Shown here in pieces: positions 45,151 through 54,820 of a stretch of DNA of 64,000 bases. The DNA lies in the NCBI GenBank assembly GCA_039588335.1, contig JBDGZZ010000001.1:12090-76089 (forward strand), read 5' to 3'. The notes under the pieces are model-generated. The model searched no databases, had not been told where the DNA came from, and saw only the letters and a list, made by a program, of their open reading frames with translations. Position 1 is the first letter of the stretch; the number at the start of each line of letters is the position of its first letter. A program made the position numbers and the translations under genes. Origin of the DNA: Gemmatimonadota bacterium (lineage in GTDB: Bacteria > Gemmatimonadota > Gemmatimonadetes > Gemmatimonadales > GWC2-71-9).

Positions 45151-45714
45151 ACACACTGGTTACCCGGAGCCAGGGGATTTACTCCCTCTGTTCTCCTTCC
45201 CGCAGCCTCCGCTTGGACTGATACGTCCGCGGTAGGGCTTTTGGGAGCTCCGGCCTCCATCCCCAAGCGGCTTGGCCGAGCCGCGAGGTTCACCAGTGCA
45301 AGCGCTGCGAGTCGGGTCTAGTCGCGGATCGACCCCTCACACTGCACGCCGAGGCGCCAAATCGGCGTGGACGAGGCGCGCGACTGGCCTCGCCACCCCC
45401 GAGCAAGGTGATTCACCCGGATCATCGGACGCCTGAGCCCTTGTTTGCATCGGCGGCCTCCCCGGAATTCTCACTGGGGTAGTCGTTCAGGGCGTTGTCC
45501 AGGCACCGGGGCCACAGACCCTTCCCCTGAGCGGCTGCAGCAATGATAAGAGCGGGGGAAAACCGCGCAAGCGCCGTTGTTTCTTCGGCTTAGGAGACGC
45601 GTGTGAACTTTGTGTGGAATGTTAAGCGGCTATGTCGCACGCTTTTGCCGAGAGATTTCCACGCAATGTGGAGTTGTGCAAAACCTCTTTACTCAGGTAC
45701 TCCACATGGGTGGA
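45151..45714 (-). ncRNA. Candidate structured non-coding RNA or long structured 3'UTR, family unknown, strand inferred from terminator
   Basis: The ORF track lists no ORF of 60 aa or more in any frame for 45108-45609. Many local helices: 45209-45232, 45267-45284, 45345-45369 (8 bp), 45372-45392 (6 bp), 45666-45707 (9 bp). Ends at the minus-strand terminator. Confidence 0.35.
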
Positions 45715-46392
45715 TCAATTTGCCGCACGGACTTCATCGTATATGAAGGGTTCGCCCTGAGCCCTCGGAATGAACAACACACCTCCTCCACTCGTGGCAA
45801 ACCAACCGGCTAGCATGAGATTGGAAATGTCGGGAGCTGGTGGCTGGAACAGCACTCCTAGCCAGCGGCGAACATGTTTCAACTCGGGCGCCCGGCGCGA
45901 CAGCATGGAGATCACCCCACCCACACCCTGGGTAGCCCGTAAGAAGTGGGCAAGTGCGTGTACCCGCTGAGCGAACTCAAAGGCTCTAACCCCCGGCTCG
46001 TCGTACAGCAGGGATCCCTCGTAGGGGTCGGCTGGAGGTGCGTCCATTCGCGGCCCCATGTACAGGAACAGTCGCCGACCATCCTGCTTGCGTTCCACCA
46101 TGGCAGCGGCTGCTTCTCCACTCATCCGAGCCGCATGGACTAGATCATCGTCAGAGAGGATTCCCACAGCCAACGTCCACTCGAGTGCCGCGAGCGCATT
46201 GTGCAGCGGACATCCCATCTCTTCGTCGTATGCGACAAAGCGAGGGGCCTCCCCAGCACGCTGGAAGAAATATCCCAGCGCCTCAGCTCGGTCATCAAAA
46301 GTCCGCGTGTCTCTCGATACGTCTGGATCAGGCATGGCCAGAGAAGATAACTCCGGTACCGACCGTCCAGTAGATGGCCATTGCGCTCTCAC
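45715..46392 (-). CDS. Hypothetical protein
   Basis: 225-aa ORF with no recognisable motif. Start uncertain (46392 or ATG 46335). Confidence 0.5.
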   Translation of the reverse strand: MRAQWPSTGRSVPELSSLAMPDPDVSRDTRTFDDRAEALGYFFQRAGEAPRFVAYDEEMGCPLHNALAALEWTLAVGILSDDDLVHAARMSGEAAAAMVERKQDGRRLFLYMGPRMDAPPADPYEGSLLYDEPGVRAFEFAQRVHALAHFLRATQGVGGVISMLSRRAPELKHVRRWLGVLFQPPAPDISNLMLAGWFATSGGGVLFIPRAQGEPFIYDEVRAAN

Positions 46393-46436
46393 TAACGGCC
46401 AATCAGCTTTACCCAGAACGCTGTAGTAGAGGGTGA

Positions 46437-47087
46437 ATGAGGTTACCGCTAGTCAAAACCAGGCGTGGCAACCCGAGTTCACGGATCCTACTAGCCGTGC
46501 TGGCTCTGGGATTCTTGCTCGGGGCGGATGGGTTTTCCCAAACCCAGGAAGACGGCCCCCTAATGCGCCGTTGGGTGGGCACTCACCGAGGCTTCGCACT
46601 GTTCCTGGACTTCTACAGTGACACAATGCTCGTTGTTAACGATCTGCGGATCGCCAACTTCCTCGCGACGTCTGACTCGATCATAGTATTCGGTGACACT
46701 TCGTTTGCCGTTCACTACCGCTTCGCACACGACAGACTTCTGCTTCGAACAGAAGAAGGCAACGTAATCACCATGAGTTCCCAGGGCCCGCTGGCCCGCC
46801 CTCTATGGGGACGTTGGCTGGGCCGGGTGAGCCGACTGGACAACCGCATGATCGAGATTCGCTTGTTTGCTTCCGGCACTGCGCGGTGGCGCTGGATTCC
46901 TGGCGGAGAGACGATCGAAGGCGAGTGGGACCGATTCAGCCGCATCATCACATTCACTTGGCTGCCGGACACGACATTGTGGACCGGCCTGTACGATCCA
47001 ATGGCCAACCAACTCTTGTTCGAAGAAACGGTACCGGAAAGCGGAGTGGTAGTGCTGGAACGTTTCTTTCGCCGACCCAGTTTCTGA
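46437..47087 (+). CDS. Hypothetical secreted protein
   Basis: GAGGGTGA RBS. Signal-peptide-like SRILLAVLALGFLLGADGFSQ. W/R-rich, no known motif. Confidence 0.6.
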   Translation: MRLPLVKTRRGNPSSRILLAVLALGFLLGADGFSQTQEDGPLMRRWVGTHRGFALFLDFYSDTMLVVNDLRIANFLATSDSIIVFGDTSFAVHYRFAHDRLLLRTEEGNVITMSSQGPLARPLWGRWLGRVSRLDNRMIEIRLFASGTARWRWIPGGETIEGEWDRFSRIITFTWLPDTTLWTGLYDPMANQLLFEETVPESGVVVLERFFRRPSF

Positions 47088-47095
47088 TCCTCGGA

Positions 47096-47953
47096 TCAGA
47101 TGACCACGACCGGGATGAAGACCTCCCTTTGCGAATCGAATAGCAACTCGGCGTAGTCCAAGGCGGCTCCGACCGCCTGATCACTCAAATCAGAATACTT
47201 GGAGTTGGGTTCGAGTTGCCCTGTGAGTTTCCTGACCATGACCAGCGAGCGAGTCACCTCGCAGTGCTCGGGATCTCCGGCTGTGTGCCCCGCTATCAAC
47301 AACTCACGGAAAAAAGGCAGCGCAGTCTCACCGGCCAGAAAATGAAGCGATCCCAGAACCCTGGGGCTCAGAAAGGCCCTTAGATAGAGATCGCCTCGCA
47401 CTTCGTCGAATAGCTCGATCAGCCTCGAGGTCGCTCCTAAGTCAGGGTAGAACCGTGCCGCTTCCGCCGCCGTCCCGACAAACGCATGGTGCGCTCCCCG
47501 CCTGAGGTAACTTGAGAAGAGCGGCCAACCGTTCTTGGGATGCCGTTCCGCAAGTGTCAGGAACGCGAAGTAGCGGCGCGCGATCGGAGCCTCGGCATCA
47601 GCCACTACCGTGTGCAGTCCGGCTGAACCGAACCGCTGTGCGACGAGAGCTGCGGCTGTGGCATGCTGAAGCCGCTCGAGGACGGGCAGCCGGAAGGTCC
47701 TCACGTGAACCTCTGCAGCCCTCGATCCGCTCGCTAACCTCGGCATCTGGTCCAGCAGCCGCAACAGGAGTCCGTCGACTTCACTCAAGGCTCTCTCCCA
47801 GTGCGGTAGATCACGCTTCCGGGCTCTTCTTACCGCATCCCAGCCCACCGATTCAATACTGAGCGCATCCCAACACGACTCCAAACGGGCCGAGCTGTCG
47901 GAATCCAAGAGGATCCGGAGCACTTCTGCAAGCCGAAATACTTCCTCGGGCAT
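47096..47953 (-). CDS. Hypothetical all-alpha protein
   Basis: 285-aa ORF, helical and Leu/Ala/Arg-rich, with no recognisable motif and no clear RBS. Confidence 0.5.
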   Translation of the reverse strand: MPEEVFRLAEVLRILLDSDSSARLESCWDALSIESVGWDAVRRARKRDLPHWERALSEVDGLLLRLLDQMPRLASGSRAAEVHVRTFRLPVLERLQHATAAALVAQRFGSAGLHTVVADAEAPIARRYFAFLTLAERHPKNGWPLFSSYLRRGAHHAFVGTAAEAARFYPDLGATSRLIELFDEVRGDLYLRAFLSPRVLGSLHFLAGETALPFFRELLIAGHTAGDPEHCEVTRSLVMVRKLTGQLEPNSKYSDLSDQAVGAALDYAELLFDSQREVFIPVVVI

Positions 47954-48043
47954 CTGAGTAATTTAACTCGCGGGCACCTGAGGCCCCCTGACGGGGACCC
48001 TCACGTTGCGTCTGAACCCGGCGGATACTAACGTTTCGCGGCG

Positions 48044-49207
48044 ATGCTTAAGGCAATCACAAAAAAGACAGTCCTACTCGGGGCAAGGCACCGGGCTCGC
48101 ACCCTCACAACATTGATGACGGCAGCCCTTGCTGCTTGCGGTCCCGGTGAGGAGCCCATCCTTATAGGCCTGGCCGGGCCGTTCTCAGAGCAGCGTGCGC
48201 AGTCGATGCAGCTCGGGGCCCAGTTGGCCGTGTCCGAGATCAACCAGCAGGGCGGGGTGCGCAGCCGTGAGCTGCGACTGGTGGTCGTGGACGACAGTGG
48301 AAAGGGCAACGTCGCCGTTCGAGTGGCCCAGTCTCTGTACGACAACCCAGACATAGTCGCGGTGGTCGGACACTTGAACAGCGGTGCCACCTTGGCTGCG
48401 GCACAGGTATATAACGGCGGACGCCACCCGATTGTGGCGATCTCCCCATCGGCATCGAGTCCCGACATCACACATGCGGGTGAGTACACCTTCAGAATCT
48501 GTCCCGATGATTCCGTCCATGGTGTGCAACTGGCCGAATGGGCCTACGGCCAGATTGGGGCCCGAAGGGCGGCGATCCTATTCGAGAACGACTCGTACGG
48601 CAGGGGACTCAGGTCCACTTTCCGCAACAGCTTCGTGGCGCTGGGCGGGCAGATAGTGTCGGAGGATCCATTCCTCTCTGAACTCCCCAGCTTTGAACCC
48701 TACCTGACGCGGATTCGTCTCCGCGGGGGAGCCGACGCTGTATTGCTCGCCGGTGCCCGCGATGGCGCGGTGAACATCTTGAACACGATGGCCAACCTCG
48801 GGTATCGGCCGGCGACGTTGAGTGGAGACGGCATTGTCGGTATCCAGGCCTCCGAAGCGGACCCCGAAGGAGTTTTTGTGTCATTGGCGTACCTCGCCGA
48901 CGCCGGGGGTGATCGTAACCAAGATTTCGTTTCCGCATACCACACAGCGTACGGAGGCCAGCAACCGGACCATCGAGGGGCAGGCGCATACGACATCGTC
49001 CGCCTGCTGGCCCGCGCGATTCAGGAAGCCGGGTTCGAGCGCTCCAGGATCCGTGACTACCTGGCAGGAGTAGGATCCGAAACAGACGCGTTCGAAGGAG
49101 TCACGGGTCAGATCGCCTTCGATAGTAGAGGCGACATCTCAGGTAAGGACGTCGTTATTGGTGTCTTCCGAGACGGCCGGATTGTACCGGCTCCGAAAAG
49201 ACGATGA
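48044..49207 (+). CDS. LivK-like (Peripla_BP_6) periplasmic substrate-binding lipoprotein
   Basis: Lipobox ALAAC. Type-I PBP pattern ([24 protein letters not shown]). Confidence 0.85.
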   Translation: MLKAITKKTVLLGARHRARTLTTLMTAALAACGPGEEPILIGLAGPFSEQRAQSMQLGAQLAVSEINQQGGVRSRELRLVVVDDSGKGNVAVRVAQSLYDNPDIVAVVGHLNSGATLAAAQVYNGGRHPIVAISPSASSPDITHAGEYTFRICPDDSVHGVQLAEWAYGQIGARRAAILFENDSYGRGLRSTFRNSFVALGGQIVSEDPFLSELPSFEPYLTRIRLRGGADAVLLAGARDGAVNILNTMANLGYRPATLSGDGIVGIQASEADPEGVFVSLAYLADAGGDRNQDFVSAYHTAYGGQQPDHRGAGAYDIVRLLARAIQEAGFERSRIRDYLAGVGSETDAFEGVTGQIAFDSRGDISGKDVVIGVFRDGRIVPAPKRR

Positions 49208-50907
49208 ACCTACGAGTCGCGCTGAACACCCTACGAGCCAGAATCATTCTCGGAGAGATAGCGCTCGCGGTTGGCCTGGTCTTCGTCGCTGCGATCGGAA
49301 TCGGGGCGCTCCGGACAGTACGGAATACGGTCACTCAGGAATTGGAGGCGCTGACTCGCATTTCCAACGAAACCAACGGCCTGGTGACGACGCTGTTCGA
49401 GCAGATACGGGCGGCCGAACAGTATCTCACGGACGGCTCGCTAGACGCCCGGAACACGTTCCGGGCGGGGGGAGAGTCCGCGTACTCCTCGCAGCAACGG
49501 ATGCAGACAGTCCCGGACCTAACCGAATCCGACCGTGTCGTGGTGATGCAAATCGGAGCGCTTCAGGCACAGGCTGAGGTCCTCTACAGCTATGCCCATG
49601 CTCAACAGGATCTGGGACGCCGGTCTGACGCCCAGGCCGGCGCCGCTATGGCTCGAGAACAGGCGGATGAGATGCTCAGATTGGTGGGGCTTCTCTCCCG
49701 CCGCCAGACCACACGGGCCGAGGCAACGGGCCGTTCGCTCGCGCTGGCAGCCACAGATCGCGAATTGCTCGTCTGGACGGTGCTGGCAGTTTCCATGCTC
49801 CTGGCGGCGGCAGTCGGGATCGCGACGCTCAACTCCGTGGAACGTCCACTCCTCAGACTCGTGGCTGCTGCCCGTCGTTTCGGCGATGGCGATTTGCGGC
49901 CTGTAACCCTGGGTGGCATGCCGGCAGAACTGGCCGAACTCGGCAGTGCCATGGACCGGCTGGGTGGAACGTTGCGCACACTGGTGACCGAAGTCATGGA
50001 GGAGAGTGAGCGCATAGCAACTGCTGCTGAGGACCTTTCGTCCATAAGCGAGGAGCTTGCGGCAACTGCCGGGGATATCTCCTCCGCGATGACGGAGGTC
50101 TCGTCTGGCGCCCAGCAGCAGGTGTCGGGCCTGGCAAGCAGTACAACGGCCTCTATAGGGCTTCGCGAAGCCGCAGAAGACACGGGCAAGGTCTCTGGTC
50201 GGGTAGCCGAGTTGGGAGGTGAGATTCACAGGTTGGCAGAGACCTACAGTTCAGACGTAGGCGCAGCTGGAAACGCACTGGTCGAACTCGGGAACTTGGT
50301 GCAGCAGACGGCGACACAGGTGGAGGAGCTCGACAAACTCTCCGAGCCAATCAACGACTTCATTGATTTGATCAAACAGATCTCGTCACAGACAAACTTG
50401 TTGGCTCTGAACGCTGCCATAGAGGCGGCGCGGGCCGGTGAGCAGGGAGTGGGCTTTTCAGTTGTGGCCGAGGAAGTACGACAGCTAGCCGACACGAGCG
50501 CACAGGCTGCAGAGAAGGTATCGGGAACGACCAAGACGATTCGCGATCAAGTTGGGGTAATGGCTGAGACGATGGCCGCTGGGCGCGCTCAAGTGCGGGG
50601 GGTCGGTTCGGTTTCGCGCGGCGCCGCTGACGCCCTGGCTAAAATTGTGCAGTCAATTGGCGAAATCGAGAGCGAATCGCAGCGAGTAGCTGGCGAGGCC
50701 AATAGGAATCTGAAAGCGGTAGAGCAAATCGGCCAATCGCTCCGGTCAGCATCGGAGACGGCCCAGTCCCACGCATCTTCGAGCGAGCAAGTGGCTGCGG
50801 CGGCTGAGGAGCAGGGAGCAACCACTCAAGAGATGGCAGCCCAGGCGGCGGCTCTGAATCGGGCCGCGGATCACCTCCGTTCTTTGGTTAGAGCCTTCCG
50901 AGCCTAA
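49204..50907 (+). CDS. Methyl-accepting chemotaxis protein
   Basis: TM1, ~150-aa helical periplasmic domain, TM2, HAMP. Signalling hairpin [36 protein letters not shown] overlap with the binding-protein gene. Confidence 0.9.
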   Translation: MNLRVALNTLRARIILGEIALAVGLVFVAAIGIGALRTVRNTVTQELEALTRISNETNGLVTTLFEQIRAAEQYLTDGSLDARNTFRAGGESAYSSQQRMQTVPDLTESDRVVVMQIGALQAQAEVLYSYAHAQQDLGRRSDAQAGAAMAREQADEMLRLVGLLSRRQTTRAEATGRSLALAATDRELLVWTVLAVSMLLAAAVGIATLNSVERPLLRLVAAARRFGDGDLRPVTLGGMPAELAELGSAMDRLGGTLRTLVTEVMEESERIATAAEDLSSISEELAATAGDISSAMTEVSSGAQQQVSGLASSTTASIGLREAAEDTGKVSGRVAELGGEIHRLAETYSSDVGAAGNALVELGNLVQQTATQVEELDKLSEPINDFIDLIKQISSQTNLLALNAAIEAARAGEQGVGFSVVAEEVRQLADTSAQAAEKVSGTTKTIRDQVGVMAETMAAGRAQVRGVGSVSRGAADALAKIVQSIGEIESESQRVAGEANRNLKAVEQIGQSLRSASETAQSHASSSEQVAAAAEEQGATTQEMAAQAAALNRAADHLRSLVRAFRA

Positions 50908-51329
50908 CGCTTCTTCTTGGCCGCTTTGGCTGGCCGTTTGGAGGACTTCGTGGCCGTCTTGGTGGACTTCGTGGCTTTCTGTTTGGCAACCTTCTTTGCT
51001 GCCTTGGCCTTGGCCGCCTTCTTCGGAGCTTTTGCCTTGGTGGTGGTCTTCTTCGCTCTATTGACGGGCTTGTCCTTGTGGCGACGTTGCTTGGCCGCCC
51101 CTTCCACTGCGGCCAACAACTCGGCTCCCTCAGCAGACGGTATCAAGCCTCTTCTGGTGGCATACTGAACCAGTTCTCGGACGTCCTGCATGCGAAACTC
51201 GCCCAATCCCGCTCCCGCACGGATCATGTTCACGATGGCGTCCGCCACTGGACTGCGGAGAACACTGGCCAGACCAGGAACAGATTCAAGTAGGGACGAC
51301 AACTGCGAGCCACCGAGCTCGGCCGTCAT
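50904..51329 (-). CDS. Histone-H1-like Lys/Ala-rich DNA-binding-type protein
   Basis: ~85-aa globular N-domain, then the tail [49 protein letters not shown]. Confidence 0.7.
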   Translation of the reverse strand: MTAELGGSQLSSLLESVPGLASVLRSPVADAIVNMIRAGAGLGEFRMQDVRELVQYATRRGLIPSAEGAELLAAVEGAAKQRRHKDKPVNRAKKTTTKAKAPKKAAKAKAAKKVAKQKATKSTKTATKSSKRPAKAAKKKR

Positions 51330-51542
51330 GCAGCACTCCTTAACCAGAGGTAAGTTCGGAGCGGCAAGCTAGCGGGAACACCATTCTACGTCAAGCGGGG
51401 CCCAGCCGGGGAGGATTGGCTCTAAAACGTTGTCTTTCAATAAGTTGCGTGCAGCATCGCCGCCCATCACACCAGTCGGCTCTCGTGAGCTGACCGGTGG
51501 CTCGGGACGGCGGACGACAACTGGGGTGTGCAGTCCGCTGGA

Positions 51543-51818
51543 TCAGGCTACCGGCTTACGATTCGTGCGGGAACCCGCCTTGCGCAACGGAGTCGGTGCT
51601 TTCCGCAGGACGCGCCACTCCGACTGTGCCAGCATCTCACCCAGAATCGTCTGGGTGCGCCTGTCCACCGGGATATCGAGGTGCATCTCGAGACGGTACT
51701 CGGCACTGTCGGCACCACGGCCCTGAAGTACGAACCCGGAATGCTCCGGCCGGACTGAGTCAACCTCGATGTCCACCACCGCTACGTAACCCTCGTCTGC
51801 CTTGTTCGTAGACTCCAT
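51543..51818 (-). CDS. Hypothetical small protein
   Basis: GAGAGG RBS before ATG 51818. 91 aa, no known motif. Confidence 0.45.
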   Translation of the reverse strand: MESTNKADEGYVAVVDIEVDSVRPEHSGFVLQGRGADSAEYRLEMHLDIPVDRRTQTILGEMLAQSEWRVLRKAPTPLRKAGSRTNRKPVA

Positions 51819-51949
51819 CTTACCTCTCAAGGAGGGCTCATCTGGAAGAGATAACCCCAACCCGACGCCCGTCAAGTATCTGGCACCGAGTTTGCCACTG
51901 AATCTGTGGAAGGCTAGATTTTAGCGTTGGCTCAACCTAGGGGGGAAGC

Positions 51950-52201
51950 ATGGGACGCCGAGGGATAAAGGAGTACCGACCGGCCGAGGCACTTGAGTTG
52001 ATCCTGGCCGATCGTGATCGAGAGACCCTGAAATGCCCGTCCTGTGGGCATTCCGCGATCGAACGGACCCCGAAGAGACGCCTGAGTGGTTCCCGCTGGA
52101 GCTCACACAGGCAGGTACTTTTGCGCTGCGCCAAATGCGGCCGCCAGGCCGCCTACGTGCCAGCCAAGGTGACCCAGCCGTCACACCACGAAACGGACTG
52201 A
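51950..52201 (+). CDS. Small zinc-ribbon protein
   Basis: CPSCG ... CAKCG pair in an 83-aa basic protein. Confidence 0.5.
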   Translation: MGRRGIKEYRPAEALELILADRDRETLKCPSCGHSAIERTPKRRLSGSRWSSHRQVLLRCAKCGRQAAYVPAKVTQPSHHETD

Positions 52202-52363
52202 CCCGCCCGGCCAACGGCCCTGTTGGATCGGGCCACTACACTTGACACCACATCATAGGCCTCCGGGCCGACACCGGCCTGCGTCCCTCAATGGCGCTGG
52301 ACACTGCTGGGGAATCTCCTTGTCGGGGTTGGCTTGCTCGGATCCCGAGCGAAAGGCTGCCGG

Positions 52364-53080
52364 TCAGTCGGGCGTGGAGAAGATTCGGCTCCACCGAATG
52401 GCTGTCAGGAACGGCAGTGGCAAGACACCCCTTTTGTCGAAACTGTAGTAGATGAAGAGAGGCCTTCCGTCGATCCTGTCCCGGCCCAGGAATCCCCAAT
52501 ACCGACTGTCATATGAATTGTCCCGATTGTCTCCCATCACAAAGAAGGAGTCGGCCGGCACCGCGATCGGTCCCCAGTTCTTCAGCGTAGGTCGATATGG
52601 CCCGGGCTCATTGCCAACGAGATACTCGCGCTGCCAAGCCCGCATTTGCGGATGCTCCGGATCTACCGTCGGGTCCAATCGGTTGGCGTACGGCTCTTCG
52701 AGAGGCTTCCCGTTGACATAGATATAGTTGTCTTCCATAGCCAATGTGTCACCAGGCATTCCCACTATTCGCTTCACCACATTGGTGCCGGGGCTCTCGG
52801 GAGAGTCAAACACCACGACATCGCCTCGAGCTGGCTCCCGGATAGCGGGCAACCGCTTATTCACTATGGGGATCTCGGCACCATAAAGCGCCTTGTTCAC
52901 GAACAGAAAGTCACCAATCAACAGTGTGTTTTCCATGCTCGGTGACGGGATCCGGAACGCCTGAACCAAGAGTGCCCGGAGGAAGAACCATATGACAAGC
53001 GCGATCGCAATCGACTTCATCCATTCCCAAGCCGACTGCGATGGCGATCTTTTCATTTCCTTCGTGTTCTTACCGCTCAC
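52364..53080 (-). CDS. lepB: Signal peptidase I
   Basis: IPSPSMENTL (Ser), KRIVGMPGD (Lys), GDNRDNSYDSRYWGF. Confidence 0.92.
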   Translation of the reverse strand: MSGKNTKEMKRSPSQSAWEWMKSIAIALVIWFFLRALLVQAFRIPSPSMENTLLIGDFLFVNKALYGAEIPIVNKRLPAIREPARGDVVVFDSPESPGTNVVKRIVGMPGDTLAMEDNYIYVNGKPLEEPYANRLDPTVDPEHPQMRAWQREYLVGNEPGPYRPTLKNWGPIAVPADSFFVMGDNRDNSYDSRYWGFLGRDRIDGRPLFIYYSFDKRGVLPLPFLTAIRWSRIFSTPD

Positions 53081-53099
53081 CTGCTAACTCCAGTACTCT

Positions 53100-54170
53100 T
53101 CAGCGTTCAATCCAATCGGCAATGAAAATATTCGTTTCTCCCTCTACGCTGCCATAACGATTCGACGCGAAGACGAGTTTCGTGCCGTCAGGAGAGAACA
53201 TCGGAAAACCGTCGAATTCCCCGTACGTAGTCACCTTGGTGAGTCCCGATCCGTCGACACCAGTCAAATACAGGTTGAAATCCCTGCCACCCATCTCGAA
53301 ATTCGACGAGAAGATTATCCGCCTACCGTCGGGGTGAAAGAACGGGGCGAAGTTGGCACCACCTAGATCTGTTACCCGGCGCTGTTCGGTCCCATCAGAG
53401 TTCATGACCCAGATTTCCATCCGGCTTGGCCTCACTAGACCATCGGACAACAGGGCCTGGTAACCGTCAATCTCCTCTTGGGAACTGGGATGCCAAGAAC
53501 GATAGACGATCATCGAGCCATCGGGCGAGAAGAAAGGACCGCCGTCGTATCCCACGGTGCTGGTCAGTCGCTTCAGCCCGGTCCCGTCGACGTTCATTGT
53601 ATAGATGTCCAGGTCCCCATCCATGACTGAGGTGAATACGATGGTTTCACCGTCCGGCGAGAGAGTCGCCTCGGCCGTGTATCCGACAGTCTCCGTCAGA
53701 CGCTGCAGCCCGCTTCCGTCAGGTAACGACGTGTAGATGTCAAAGTCATAGAGCGCCCAGACGTAGCCACGTGACATGTCTGGTGGCGGGGGGCAGGCCT
53801 CACCAGCATGGAAGGTGCTCGAATACAGCACGCGTGACCCGCCGTCATAGAAGTAGCCGCAGGTCGTTCTGCCGAGCCCGTTCGAGACCCGCGTCATCCC
53901 CGAGCCGTCTATGCCGATTACATACTGTTGGTCACACTCGGCGACGGAGTCGGTTCGCTGGAAGATCAGGCGTTCTCCGTCAGACGAGAAATACGCCTCT
54001 GCATTTTGCCCCCCGAAAGTGAGCTGAGTCAGATTTGCAAGGAACGGTTCTCCTTCTTCGACATCGCGTGCGACTGCCGGGGACTCCTGTGTCGAACACC
54101 CGCTCAGGAATACGACCGCGGTCAGCACCGCAGGCGCCCATCTCGAAAAGCGAATCGATTTGACCATCAT
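53100..54170 (-). CDS. PD40/WD40-like beta-propeller lipoprotein (TolB-C-terminal-like)
   Basis: Lipobox FLSGCS from Met 54170. Repeated units (FSSDGERLIF, LSPDGETIVF, FSPDGSMIVY, FHPDGRRIIF, FSPDGTKLVF). Confidence 0.85.
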   Translation of the reverse strand: MMVKSIRFSRWAPAVLTAVVFLSGCSTQESPAVARDVEEGEPFLANLTQLTFGGQNAEAYFSSDGERLIFQRTDSVAECDQQYVIGIDGSGMTRVSNGLGRTTCGYFYDGGSRVLYSSTFHAGEACPPPPDMSRGYVWALYDFDIYTSLPDGSGLQRLTETVGYTAEATLSPDGETIVFTSVMDGDLDIYTMNVDGTGLKRLTSTVGYDGGPFFSPDGSMIVYRSWHPSSQEEIDGYQALLSDGLVRPSRMEIWVMNSDGTEQRRVTDLGGANFAPFFHPDGRRIIFSSNFEMGGRDFNLYLTGVDGSGLTKVTTYGEFDGFPMFSPDGTKLVFASNRYGSVEGETNIFIADWIER

Positions 54171-54400
54171 GTTTGAATCCGTCTCAATTGAGCCGATAAT
54201 TATAACCACGGGGTCCCTCAGGTTCTGCCCACGTGCCACGGAATTTGCGCATTCTCTCGCAATTTCTAGCGCTCCTAAGACCACCGCCGACCCTCCCATT
54301 GCGCGTAAGTTCTTTCTTTATAGTATGTTATATATCTTGGTACTACGCTTGCGTATATCACGGGTTTGTGGGAACACGACCGGTCAGATGGAGACAGATT

Positions 54401-54757
54401 ATGCTCGATGGGATGAAGAACAGCGGACGAAGGGCCATGGACCCACTAGGTAAGCTCTGTTTCGAAGGGCAGGACGTAGCGAGCTACCTGTTTCAGGTCC
54501 CCGATGACGAGGCTCAGTGGGAACGAGTGCGGGGCATCGTTGACTCCATCATGACAGAGACCGCCAACTCAAACCGAAGAGAGCTGCCGGCAATAGCGTC
54601 CGACCTAAAGGCCGCCTTGTCCCAACCGCCGTCGATGTTGGTCGCGGAACAGCTCATGACGGGCTTTGATCGGATGACGAAACTATGGAAGTCAGCAAGA
54701 AGCGGACTGATGGATGCCCGGTCGCTCCGGAAATTGGGAGAAGAAGGAGATCAATAG
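54401..54757 (+). CDS. Hypothetical helical protein
   Basis: GGAGA RBS 6 nt before ATG 54401. 118 aa, no motif recognised. Preceded by an AT-rich patch at 54300-54360. Confidence 0.45.
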   Translation: MLDGMKNSGRRAMDPLGKLCFEGQDVASYLFQVPDDEAQWERVRGIVDSIMTETANSNRRELPAIASDLKAALSQPPSMLVAEQLMTGFDRMTKLWKSARSGLMDARSLRKLGEEGDQ

Positions 54758-54820
54758 GGACTCCCAGGCGAGCTGGCTAGCACGCACACCCGCCTGGGAG
54801 TCGGCAGTCAGCGTATCTGG

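Noticed and set aside
45155-45215. Cobalamin-riboswitch-like string on the minus strand (GGGAAGGAGAACAGAGGGAGTAAATCCCC...ACCAGTGTG), just before the terminator.
   Set aside because: The B12-box match is poor. No minus-strand gene follows the terminator (rtcB is convergent), so it has no riboswitch context.
45150-45610. Short strings resembling bacterial RNase P RNA blocks on the plus strand (TCCGGCCTCCAT, ACCAGTGCAA, CCACCCCCGAGCAAGG, TGTCCA...CACAGACCC), in roughly collinear order.
   Set aside because: The universally conserved CR-I GAGGAAAGUCC and CR-V ACAGAAxCCGGCUUA are not intact, and I could not build a consistent P4 or P1 pairing. Equally suggestive strings appear on the opposite strand (GGGAGTAAATCCCCTGGCTCC), so this looks like GC-rich pareidolia. 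A tmRNA T-arm (GGTTCGA) and the SRP core are also absent. Only cmsearch (RF00010 etc.) can settle it.
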